From Auanema rhodensis (Eukaryota > Animalia > Nematoda), in NCBI GenBank assembly GCA_964057225.1, contig OZ059898.1, positions 1,054,001 through 1,118,000 on the forward strand: a DNA stretch of 64,000 nucleotides, read 5' to 3'. The notes beneath the pieces are model-generated. The model searched no databases. It was not told the origin of the DNA and worked only from the letters and a program-made list of their open reading frames with translations. Both the position numbers and the translations under genes were made by a program. Shown here in pieces: positions 1-12,100 of this stretch. Position 1 is the stretch's first letter, and each line of letters opens with the position of its first letter.

Positions 1-181
1 TGTGTTATCAGATTTGCGCTAGCTTAAAAATGCACCGAGATATCGACTGATATAAATTCACACTTATATCCTCGATTTTCACCCTGAAGAATTAATTTTT
101 TCGTTGAATAACATTGTCCATCGTCTTTGCCTTGAAAAATGGAATCTAAAAACATCTACTTTTTGCTAAATTATTTTGAAA

Positions 182-206
182 TTTTTCGAAAAAATTTTTG
201 TCAAAA
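182..206. other. Overlapping A/T-tract palindromes
   Basis: TTTTTCGAAAAA (182-193), AAAAATTTTT (190-199), TTTTG-T-CAAAA (196-206). Confidence 0.75.
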
Positions 207-220
207 TGTTTTTGGAAGCA

Positions 221-248
221 ATGTTGAGTGTACATGGAAACTCAACAT
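221..248. other. Inverted repeat p221-248 (9-bp stem, 10-nt loop)
   Basis: ATGTTGAGT-GTACATGGAA-ACTCAACAT. Confidence 0.85.
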
Positions 249-276
249 ACACTAATGCATCATTTTTCAAACGATC

Positions 277-394
277 ATAACTAATTTTTGTATTAAGCGT
301 TTCTCAATGTAATATAGTGCATTCGATGCGGATTTTTAAGCTGCGTCGATCTGTGTTATCAGATTTGCGCTAGCTTAAAAATGCACCGAGATAT
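277..394. other. Long imperfect dyad symmetry spanning the monomer junction (present in every unit)
   Basis: ATAACT(277-282)/AGATAT(389-394) and TTAAGC(293-298)/GCTTAA(373-378) are both centred on 335.5. TCGATGCGG(323-331)/CTGCGTCGA(341-349) is centred on 336, with 2 G:T pairs. Confidence 0.7.
332..382. other. Inverted repeat / potential hairpin or cruciform
   Basis: ATTTTTAAGCT(332-342) is the exact reverse complement of AGCTTAAAAAT(372-382). Inner pairs are GCG/CGC and ATCTG(349-353)/CAGAT(360-364), with a 6-nt loop. Confidence 0.85.
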
Positions 395-399
395 CGACT

Positions 400-421
400 G
401 ATATAAGTTCACACTTATATC
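400..421. other. Inverted repeat p49-70 (9-bp stem, 4-nt loop)
   Basis: GATATAAGT-TCAC-ACTTATATC in monomers with G at p56. It can be extended by ATCGA/TCGAT when p45 is G. Confidence 0.85.
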
Positions 422-1755
422 CTCGATTTTCACCCTGAAGAATTAATTTTTTCGTTGAATAACATTGTCCATCGTCTTTGCCTTGAAAAATGGAATCTAA
501 AAACATCTACTTTTTGCTAAATTATTTTGAAATTTTTTGAAAAAATTTTTGTCAAAATGTTTTTGGAAGCAATGTTGAGTGTACATGGAAACTCAACATA
601 CACTAATGCATCATTTTTCAAACGATCATAACTAATTTTTGTATTAAGCGTTTCTCAATGTAATATAGTGCATTCGATGCGGATTTTTAAGCTGCGTCGA
701 TCTGTGTTATCAGATTTGCGCTAGCTTAAAAATGCACCGAGATATCGACTGATATAAGTTCACACTTATATCCTCGATTTTCACCCTGAAGAATTAATTT
801 TTTCGTTGAATAACATTGTCCATCGTCTTTGCCTTGAAAAATGGAATCTAAAAACATCTACTTTTTGCTAAATTATCTTGAAATTTTTCGAAAAAATTTT
901 TGTCAAAATGTTTTTGGAAGCAATGTTGAGTGTACATGGAAACTCAACATACACTAATGCATCATTTTTCAAACGATCATAACTAATTTTTGTATTAAGC
1001 GTTTCTCAATGTAATATAGTGCATTCGATGCGGATTTTTAAGCTGCGTCGATCTGTGTTATCAGATTTGCGCTAGCTTAAAAATGCACCGAGATATCGAC
1101 TGATATAAATTCACACTTATATCCTCGATTTTCACCCTGAAGAATTAATTTTTTCGTTGAATAACATTGTCCATCGTCTTTGCCTTGAAAAATGGAATCT
1201 AAAAACATCTACTTTTTGCTAAATTATTTTGAAATTTTTCGAAAAAATTTTTGTCAAAATGTTTTTGGAAGCAATGTTGAGTGTACATGGAAACTCAACA
1301 TACACTAATGCATCATTTTTCAAACGATCATAACTAATTTTTGTATTAAGCGTTTCTCAATGTAATATAGTGCATTCGATGCGGATTTTTAAGCTGCGTC
1401 GATCTGTGTTATCAGATTTGCGCTAGCTTAAAAATGCACCGAGATATCGACTGATATAAGTTCACACTTATATCCTCGATTTTCACCCTGAAGAATTAAT
1501 TTTTTCGTTGAATAACATTGTCCATCGTCTTTGCCTTGAAAAATGGAATCTAAAAACATCTACTTTTTGCTAAATTATTTTGAAATTTTTTGAAAAAATT
1601 TTTGTCAAAATGTTTTTGGAAGCAATGTTGAGTGTACATGGAAACTCAACATACACTAATGCATCATTTTTCAAACGATCATAACTAATTTTTGTATTAA
1701 GCGTTTCTCAATGTAGTATAGTGCATTCGATGCGGATTTTTAAGCTGCGTCGATC

Positions 1756-3861
1756 TGTGTTATCAGATTTGCGCTAGCTTAAAAATGCACCGAGATATCA
1801 ACTGATATAAGTTCACACTTATATCCTCGATTTTCACCCTGAAGAATTAATTTTTTCGTTGAATAACATTGTCCATCGTTTTTGCCTTGAAAAATGGAAT
1901 CTAAAAACATCTACTTTTTGCTAAATTATCTTGAAATTTTTCGAAAAAATTTTTGTCAAAATGTTTTTGGAAGCAATGTTGAGTGTACATGGAAACTCAA
2001 CATACACTAATGCATCATTTTTCAAACGATCATAACTAATTTTTGTATTAAGCGTTTCTCAATGTAATATAGTGCATTCGATGCGGATTTTTAAGCAGCG
2101 TCGATCTGTGATATCAGATTTGCGCTAGCTTAAAAATGCACCGAGATATCAACTGATATAAGTTCACACTTATATCCTCGATTTTCACCCTGAAGAATTA
2201 ATTTTTTCGTTGAATAACATTGTCCATCGTCTTTGCCTTGAAAAATGGAATCTAAAAACATCTACTTTTTGCTAAATTATTTTGAAATTTTTTGAAAAAA
2301 TTTTTGTCAAAATGTTTTTGGAAGCAATGTTGAGTGTACATGGAAACTCAACATACACTAATGCATCATTTTTCAAACGATCATAACTAATTTTTGTATT
2401 AAGCGTTTCTCAATGTAGTATAGTGCATTCGATGCGGATTTTTAAGCTGCGTCGATCTGTGTTATCAGATTTGCGCTAGCTTAAAAATGCACCGAGATAT
2501 CAACTGATATAAGTTCACACTTATATCCTCGATTTTCACCCTGAAGAATTAATTTTTTCTTTGAATAACATTATCCATCGTTTTTGCCTTGAAAAATGGA
2601 ATCTAAAAACATCTACTTTTTGCTAAATTATCTTGAAATTTTTCGAAAAAATTTTTGTCAAAATGTTTTTGGAAGCAATGTTGAGTGTACATGGAAACTC
2701 AACATACACTAATGCATCATTTTTCAAACGATCATAACTAATTTTTGTATTAAGCGTTTCTCAATGTAATATAGTGCATTCGATGCGGATTTTTAAGCAG
2801 CGTCGATCTGTGATATCAGATTTGCGCTAGCTTAAAAATGCACCGAGATATCAACTGATATAAGTTCACACTTATATCCTCGATTTTCACCCTGAAGAAT
2901 TAATTTTTTCGTTGAATAACATTGTCCATCGTCTTTGCCTTGAAAAATGGATTCTAAAAACATCTACTTTTTGCTAAATTATTTTGAAATTTTTTGAAAA
3001 AATTTTTGTCAAAATGTTTTTGGAAGCAATGTTGAGTGTACATGGAAACTCAACATACACTAATGCATCATTTTTCAAACGATCATAACTAATTTTTGTA
3101 TTAAGCGTTTCTCAATGTAGTATAGTGCATTCGATGCGGATTTTTAAGCTGCGTCGATCTGTGTTATCAGATTTGCGCTAGCTTAAAAATGCACCGAGAT
3201 ATCAACTGATATAAGTTCACACTTATATCCTCGATTTTCACCCTGAAGAATTAATTTTTTCTTTGAATAACATTATCCATCGTTTTTGCCTTGAAAAATG
3301 GAATCTAAAAACATCTACTTTTTGCTAAATTATCTTGAAATTTTTCGAAAAAATTTTTGTCAAAATGTTTTTGGAAGCAATGTTGAGTGTACATGGAAAC
3401 TCAACATACACTAATGCATCATTTTTCAAACGATCATAACTAATTTTTGTATTAAGCGTTTCTCAATGTAATATAGTGCATTCGATGCGGATTTTTAAGC
3501 AGCGTCGATCTGTGATATCAGATTTGCGCTAGCTTAAAAATGCACCGAGATATCAACTGATATAAGTTCACACTTATATCCTCGATTTTCACCCTGAAGA
3601 ATTAATTTTTTCGTTGAATAACATTGTCCATCGTCTTTGCCTTGAAAAATGGATTCTAAAAACATCTACTTTTTGCTAAATTATTTTGAAATTTTTCGAA
3701 ACAATTTTTGTCAAAATGTTTTTGGAAGCAATGTTGAGTGTACATGGAAACTCAACATACACTAATGCATCATTTTTCAAACGATCATAACTAATTTTTG
3801 TATTGAGCGTTTCTCAATGTAATATAGTGCATTTGATGCGGATTTTTAAGCTGCGTCGATC
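1756..3861. repeat. Local dimeric (702-bp) higher-order repeat, 3 copies (M6-M11)
   Basis: Monomers with 125T/175C/342A alternate with monomers carrying 5A. Private p103 G>T occurs at 2560 and 3262 (702 apart). p144T occurs in M9 and M11. Confidence 0.85.
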
Positions 3862-6669
3862 TGTGTTATCAGATTTGCGCTAGCTTAAAAATGCACCGAG
3901 ATATCAACTGATATAAGTTCACACTTATATCCTCGATTTTCACCCTGAAGAATTAATTTTTTCGTTGAATAACATTGTCCATCGTCTTTGTCTTGAAAAA
4001 TGGAATCTAAAAACATCTACTTTTTGCTAAATTATTTTGAAATTTTTCGAAACAATTTTTGTCAAAATGTTTTTGGAAGCAATGTTGAGTGTACATGGAA
4101 ACTCAACATACACTAATGCATCATTTTTCAAACGATCATAACTAATTTTTGTATTAAGCGTTTCTCAATGTAATATAGTGCATTCGATGCGGATTTTTAA
4201 GCTGCGTCGATCTGTGTTATCAGATTTGCGCTAGCTTAAAAATGCACCGAGATATCGACTGATATAAATTCACACTTATATCCTCGATTTTCACCCTGAA
4301 GAATTAATTTTTTCGTTGAATAACATTGTCCATCGTCTCTGCCTTGAAAAAAGGAATCTAAAAACATCTACTTTTTGCTAAATTATTTTGAAATTTTTCG
4401 AAAAAATTTTTGTCAAAATGTTTTTGGAAGCAATGTTGAGTGTACATGGAAACTCAACATACACTAATGCATCATTTTTCAAACGATCATAACTAATTTT
4501 TGTATTAAGCGTTTCTCAATGTAGTATAGTGCATTTGATGCGGATTTTTAAGCTGCGTCGATCTGTGTTATCAGATTTGCGCTAGCTTAAAAATGCACCG
4601 AGATATCGACTGATATAAGTTCACACTTATATCCTCGATTTTCACCCTGAAGAATTAATTTTTTCGTTGAATAACATTGTCCATCGTCTTTGCCTTGAAA
4701 AATGGAATCTAAAAACATCTACTTTTTGCTAAATTATCTTGAAATTTTTCGAAAAAATTTTTGTCAAAATGTTTTTGGAAGCAATGTTGAGTGTACATGG
4801 AAACTCAACATACACTAATGCATCATTTTTCAAACGATCATAACTAATTTTTGTATTAAGCGTTTCTCAATGTAATATAGTGCATTCGATGCGGATTTTT
4901 AAGCTGCGTCGATCTGTGTTATCAGATTTGCGCTAGCTTAAAAATGCACCGAGATATCGACTGATATAAATTCACACTTATATCCTCGATTTTCACCCTG
5001 AAGAATTAATTTTTTCGTTGAATAACATTGTCCATCGTCTTTGCCTTGAAAAATGGAATTTAAAAACATCTACTTTTTGCTAAATTATCTTGAAATTTTT
5101 CGAAAAAATTTTTGTCAAAATGTTTTTGGAAGCAATGTTGAGTGTACATGGAAACTCAACATACACTAATGCATCATTTTTCAAACGATCATAACTAATT
5201 TTTGTATTAAGCGTTTCTCAATGGTATATAGTGCATTCGATGCGGATTTTTAAGCTGCGTCGATCTGTGTTATCAGATTTGCGCTAGCTTAAAAATGCAC
5301 CGAGATATCGACTGATATAAGTTCACACTTATATCCTCGATTTTCACCCTGAAGAATTAATTTTTTCGTTGAATAACATTGTCCATCGTTTTTGCCTTGA
5401 AAAATGGAATCTAAAAACATCTACTTTTTGCTAAATTATCTTGAAATTTTTCGAAAAAATTTTTGTCAAAATGTTTTTGGAAGCAATGTTGAGTGTACAT
5501 GGAAACTCAACATACACTAATGCATCATTTTTCAAACGATCATAACTAATTTTTGTATTAAGCGTTTCTCAATGTAATATAGTGCATTCGATGCGGATTT
5601 TTAAGCAGCGTCGATCTGTGATATCAGATTTGCGCTAGCTTAAAAATGCACCGAGATATCAACTGATATAAGTTCACACTTATATCCTCGATTTTCACCC
5701 TGAAGAATTAATTTTTTCGTTGAATAACATTGTCCATCGTCTTTGCCTTGAAAAATGGAATCTAAAAACATCTACTTTTTGCTAAATTATTTTGAAATTT
5801 TTTGAAAAAATTTTTGTCAAAATGTTTTTGGAAGCAATGTTGAGTGTACATGGAAACTCAACATACACTAATGCATCATTTTTCAAACGATCATAACTAA
5901 TTTTTGTATTAAGCGTTTCTCAATGTAGTATAGTGCATTCGATGCGGATTTTTAAGCTGCGTCGATCTGTGTTATCAGATTTGCGCTAGCTTAAAAATGC
6001 ACCGAGATATCAACTGATATAAGTTCACACTTATATCCTCGATTTTCACCCTGAAGAATTAATTTTTTCGTTGAATAACATTATCCATCGTTTTTGCCTT
6101 GAAAAATGGAATCTAAAAACATCTACTTTTTGCTAAATTATCTTGAAATTTTTCGAAAAAATTTTTGTCAAAATGTTTTTGGAAGCAATGTTGAGTGTAC
6201 ATGGAAACTCAACATACACTAATGCATCATTTTTCAAACGATCATAACTAATTTTTGTATTAAGCGTTTCTCAATGTAATATAGTGCATTCGATGCGGAT
6301 TTTTAAGCAGCGTCGATCTGTGATATCAGATTTGCGCTAGCTTAAAAATGCACCGAGATATCAACTGATATAAGTTCACACTTATATCCTCGATTTTCAC
6401 CCTGAAGAATTAATTTTTTCGTTGAATAACATTGTCCATCGTCTTTGCCTTGAAAAAAGGAATCTAAAAACATCTACTTTTTGCTAAATTATTTTGAAAT
6501 TTTTCGAAAAAATTTTTGTCAAAATGTTTTTGGAAGCAATGTTGAGTGTACATGGAAACTCAACATACACTAATGCATCATTTTTCAAACGATCATAACT
6601 AATTTTTGTATTAAGCGTTTCTCAATGTAATATAGTGCATTCGATGCGGATTTTTAAGCTGCGTCGATC

Positions 6670-9126
6670 TGTGTTATCAGATTTGCGCTAGCTTAAAAAT
6701 GCACCGAGATATCAACTGATATAAGTTCACACTTATATCCTCGATTTTCACCCTGAAGAATTAATTTTTTCGTTGAATAACATTGTCCATCGTCTTTGCC
6801 TTGAAAAAAGGAATCTAAAAACATCTACTTTTTGCTAAATTATTTTGAAATTTTTCGAAAACATTTTTGTCAAAATGTTTTTGGAAGCAATGTTGAGTGT
6901 ACATGGAAACTCAACATACACTAATGCATCATTTTTCAAACGATCATAACTAATTTTTGTATTAAGCGTTTCTCAATGTAATATAGTGCATTCGATGCGG
7001 ATTTTTAAGCTGCGTCGATCTGTGTTATCAGATTTGCGCTAGCTTAAAAATGCACCGAGATATCAACTGATATAAGTTCACACTTATATCCTCGATTTTC
7101 ACCCTGAAGAATTAATTTTTTCGTTGAATAACATTGTCCATCGTCTTTGCCTTGAAAAATGGAATCTAAAAACATCTACTTTTTGCTAAATTATCTTGAA
7201 ATTTTTCGAAAAAATTTTTGTCAAAATGTTTTTGGAAGCAATGTTGAGTGTACATGGAAACTCAACATACACTAATGCATCATTTTTCAAACGATCATAA
7301 CTAATTTTTGTATTAAGCGTTTCTCAATGTAATATAGTGCATTCGATGCGGATTTTTAAGCTGCGTCGATCTGTGTTATCAGATTTGCGCTAGCTTAAAA
7401 ATGCACCGAGATATCAACTGATATAAGTTCACACTTATATCCTCGATTTTCACCCTGAAGAATTAATTTTTTCGTTGAATAACATTGTCCATCGTCTTTG
7501 CCTTGAAAAAAGGAATCTAAAAACATCTACTTTTTGCTAAATTATTTTGAAATTTTTCGAAAACATTTTTGTCAAAATGTTTTTGGAAGCAATGTTGAGT
7601 GTACATGGAAACTCAACATACACTAATGCATCATTTTTCAAACGATCATAACTAATTTTTGTATTAAGCGTTTCTCAATGTAATATAGTGCATTCGATGC
7701 GGATTTTTAAGCTGCGTCGATCTGTGTTATCAGATTTGCGCTAGCTTAAAAATGCACCGAGATATCAACTGATATAAGTTCACACTTATATCCTCGATTT
7801 TCACCCTGAAGAATTAATTTTTTCGTTGAATAACATTGTCCATCGTCTTTGCCTTGAAAAATGGAATCTAAAAACATCTACTTTTTGCTAAATTATCTTG
7901 AAATTTTTCGAAAAAATTTTTGTCAAAATGTTTTTGGAAGCAATGTTGAGTGTACATGGAAACTCAACATACACTAATGCATCATTTTTCAAACGATCAT
8001 AACTAATTTTTGTATTAAGCGTTTCTCAATGTAATATAGTGCATTCGATGCGGATTTTTAAGCTGCGTCGATCTGTGTTATCAGATTTGCGCTAGCTTAA
8101 AAATGCACCGAGATATCAACTGATATAAGTTCACACTTATATCCTCGATTTTCACCCTGAAGAATTAATTTTTTCGTTGAATAACATTGTCCATCGTCTT
8201 TGCCTTGAAAAAAGGAATCTAAAAACATCTACTTTTTGCTAAATTATTTTGAAATTTTTCGAAAACATTTTTGTCAAAATGTTTTTGGAAGCAATGTTGA
8301 GTGTACATGGAAACTCAACATACACTAATGCATCATTTTTCAAACGATCATAACTAATTTTTGTATTAAGCGTTTCTCAATGTAATATAGTGCATTCGAT
8401 GCGGATTTTTAAGCTGCGTCGATCTGTGTTATCAGATTTGCGCTAGCTTAAAAATGCACCGAGATATCAACTGATATAAGTTCACACTTATATCCTCGAT
8501 TTTCACCCTGAAGAATTAATTTTTTCGTTGAATAACATTGTCCATCGTCTTTGCCTTGAAAAATGGAATCTAAAAACATCTACTTTTTGCTAAATTATCT
8601 TGAAATTTTTCGAAAAAATTTTTGTCAAAATGTTTTTGGAAGCAATGTTGAGTGTACATGGAAACTCAACATACACTAATGCATCATTTTTCAAACGATC
8701 ATAACTAATTTTTGTATTAAGCGTTTCTCAATGTAATATAGTGCATTCGATGCGGATTTTTAAGCTGCGTCGATCTGTGTTATCAGATTTGCGCTAGCTT
8801 AAAAATGCACCGAGATATCAACTGATATAAGTTCACACTTATATCCTCGATTTTCACCCTGAAGAATTAATTTTTTCGTTGAATAACATTGTCCATCGTC
8901 TTTGCCTTGAAAAAAGGAATCTAAAAACATCTACTTTTTGCTAAATTATTTTGAAATTTTTCGAAAACATTTTTGTCAAAATGTTTTTGGAAGCAATGTT
9001 GAGTGTACATGGAAACTCAACATACACTAATGCATCATTTTTCAAACGATCATAACTAATTTTTGTATTAAGCGTTTCTCAATGTAGTATAGTGCATTTG
9101 ATGCGGATTTTTAAGCTGCGTCGATC
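6670..9126. repeat. Local dimeric (702-bp) higher-order repeat, 3.5 copies (M20-M26)
   Basis: Strict alternation of a p140A + GAAAACATTTTT monomer with a p175C monomer. Confidence 0.88.
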
Positions 9127-12100
9127 TGTGTTATCAGATTTGCGCTAGCTTTAAAATGCACCGAGATATCAACTGATATAAGTTCACACTTATATCCTCG
9201 ATTTTCACCCTGAAGAATTAATTTTTTCGTTGAATAACATTGTCCATCGTCTTTGCCTTGAAAAAAGGAATCTAAAAACATCTACTTTTTGCTAAATTAT
9301 TTTGAAATTATTCGAAAAAATTTTTGTCAAAATGTTTTTGGAAGCAATGTTGAGTGTACATGGAAACTCAACATACACTAATGCATCATTTTTCAAACGA
9401 TCATAACTAATTTTTGTATTAAGCGTTTCTCAATGTAATATAGTGCATTCGATGCGGATTTTTAAGCTGCGTCGATCTGTGTTATCAGATTTGCGCTAGC
9501 TTAAAAATGCACCGAGATATCGACTGATATAAATTCACACTTATATCCTTGATTTTCACCCTGAAGAATTAATTTTTTCGTTGAATAACATTGTCCATCG
9601 TCTTTGCCTTGAAAAATGGATTCTAAAAACATCTACTTTTTGCTAAATTATCTTGAAATTTTTCGAAAAAATTTTTGTCAAAATGTTTTTGGAAGCAATG
9701 TTGAGTGTACATGGAAACTCAACATACACTAATGCATCATTTTTCAAACGATCATAACTAATTTTTGTATTAAGCGTTTCTCAATGTAATATAGTGCATT
9801 TGATGCGGATTTTTAAGCTGCGTCGATCTGTGTTATCAGATTTGCGCTAGCTTAAAAATGCACCGAGATATCAACTGATATAAGTTCACACTTATATCCT
9901 CGATTTTCACCCTGAAGAATTAATTTTTTCGTTGAATAACATTGTCCATCGTCTTTGTCTTGAAAAATGGAATCTAAAAACATCTACTTTTTGCTAAATT
10001 ATTTTGAAATTTTTCGAAACAATTTTTGTCAAAATGTTTTTGGAAGCAATGTTGAGTGTACATGGAAACTCAACATACACTAATGCATCATTTTTCAAAC
10101 GATCATAACTAATTTTTGTATTAAGCGTTTCTCAATGTAATATAGTGCATTCGATGCGGATTTTTAAGCTGCGTCGATCTGTGTTATCAGATTTGCGCTA
10201 GCTTAAAAATGCACCGAGATATCGACTGATATAAATTCACACTTATATCCTCGATTTTCACCCTGAAGAATTAATTTTTTCGTTGAATAACATTGTCCAT
10301 CGTCTCTGCCTTGAAAAAAGGAATCTAAAAACATCTACTTTTTGCTAAATTATTTTGAAATTTTTCGAAAAAATTTTTGTCAAAATGTTTTTGGAAGCAA
10401 TGTTGAGTGTACATGGAAACTCAACATACACTAATGCATCATTTTTCAAACGATCATAACTAATTTTTGTATTAAGCGTTTCTCAATGTAATATAGTGCA
10501 TTCGATGCGGATTTTTAAGCTGCGTCGATCTGTGTTATCAGATTTGCGCTAGCTTAAAAATGCACCGAGATATCAACTGATATAAGTTCACACTTATATC
10601 CTCGATTTTCACCCTGAAGAATTAATTTTTTCGTTGAATAACATTGTCCATCGTCTTTGCCTTGAAAATGGAATCTAAAAACATCTACTTTTTGCTAAAT
10701 TATTTTGAAATTTTTTGAAAAAATTTTTGTCAAAATGTTTTTGGAAGCAATGTTGAGTGTACATGGAAACTCAACATACACTAATGCATCATTTTTCAAA
10801 CGATCATAACTAATTTTTGTATTAAGCGTTTCTCAATGTAATATAGTGCATTCGATGCGGATTTTTAAGCTGCGTCGATCTGTGTTATCAGATTTGCGCT
10901 AGCTTAAAAATGCACCGAGATATCGACTGATATAAGTTCACACTTATATCCTCGATTTTCACCCTGAAGAATTAATTTTTTCGTTGAATAACATTGTCCA
11001 TCGTCTTTGCCTTGAAAAATGGAATCTAAAAACATCTACTTTTTGCTAAATTATTTCGAAATTTTTTGAAAAAATTTTTGTCAAAATGTTTTTGGAAGCA
11101 ATGTTGAGTGTACATGGAAACTCAACATACACTAATGCATCATTTTTCAAACGATCATAACTAATTTTTGTATTAAGCGTTTCTCAATGTAATATAGTGC
11201 ATTCGATGCGGATTTTTAAGCTGCGTCGATCTGTGTTATCAGATTTGCGCTAGCTTAAAAATGCACCGAGATATCAACTGATATAAGTTCACACTTATAT
11301 CCTCGATTTTCACCCTGAAGAATTAATTTTTTCGTTGAATAACATTGTCCATCGTCTTTGCCTTGAAAAAAGGAATCTAAAAACATCTACTTTTTGCTAA
11401 ATTATTTTGAAATTATTCGAAAAAATTTTTGTCAAAATGTTTTTGGAAGCAATGTTGAGTGTACATGGAAACTCAACATACACTAATGCATCATTTTTCA
11501 AACGATCATAACTAATTTTTGTATTAAGCGTTTCTCAATGTAATATAGTGCATTCGATGCGGATTTTTAAGCTGCGTCGATCTGTGTTATCAGATTTGCG
11601 CTAGCTTAAAAATGCACCGAGATATCGACTGATATAAATTCACACTTATATCCTTGATTTTCACCCTGAAGAATTAATTTTTTCGTTGAATAACATTGTC
11701 CATCGTCTTTGCCTTGAAAAATGGATTCTAAAAACATCTACTTTTTGCTAAATTATCTTGAAATTTTTCGAAAAAATTTTTGTCAAAATGTTTTTGGAAG
11801 CAATGTTGAGTGTACATGGAAACTCAACATACACTAATGCATCATTTTTCAAACGATCATAACTAATTTTTGTATTAAGCGTTTCTCAATGTAATATAGT
11901 GCATTTGATGCGGATTTTTAAGCTGCGTCGATCTGTGTTATCAGATTTGCGCTAGCTTAAAAATGCACCGAGATATCAACTGATATAAGTTCACACTTAT
12001 ATCCTCGATTTTCACCCTGAAGAATTAATTTTTTCGTTGAATAACATTGTCCATCGTCTTTGTCTTGAAAAATGGAATCTAAAAACATCTACTTTTTGCT

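Larger units (their letters stand above)
1..351. repeat. Representative satellite monomer (phase arbitrary)
   Basis: One full period. About 31% GC, many A/T tracts of 4-6 nt, stop codons in all six frames. Confidence 0.98.

Noticed and set aside
99-115. CENP-B box-like TTTCGTTGAATAACATT
   Set aside because: It matches the TTCG....A half of NTTCGNNNNANNCGGGN but lacks the essential CGGG.
1-351. Tandem RNA gene cluster (5S rRNA, tRNA, snRNA, spliced leader)
   Set aside because: There is no recognisable 5S, tRNA cloverleaf or snRNA sequence and no Pol III A/B/C boxes. An Infernal/Rfam scan would settle it.
1-351. Assignment to a named satellite family (e.g. Drosophila 1.688 or ~350-360 bp beetle satellites)
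   Set aside because: Only the length and AT content are similar; I do not recognise sequence identity. A BLAST search is needed.
1-351. Monomer as an ancient dimer of ~175-bp subunits
   Set aside because: No convincing similarity between the two halves beyond T-tracts by eye.
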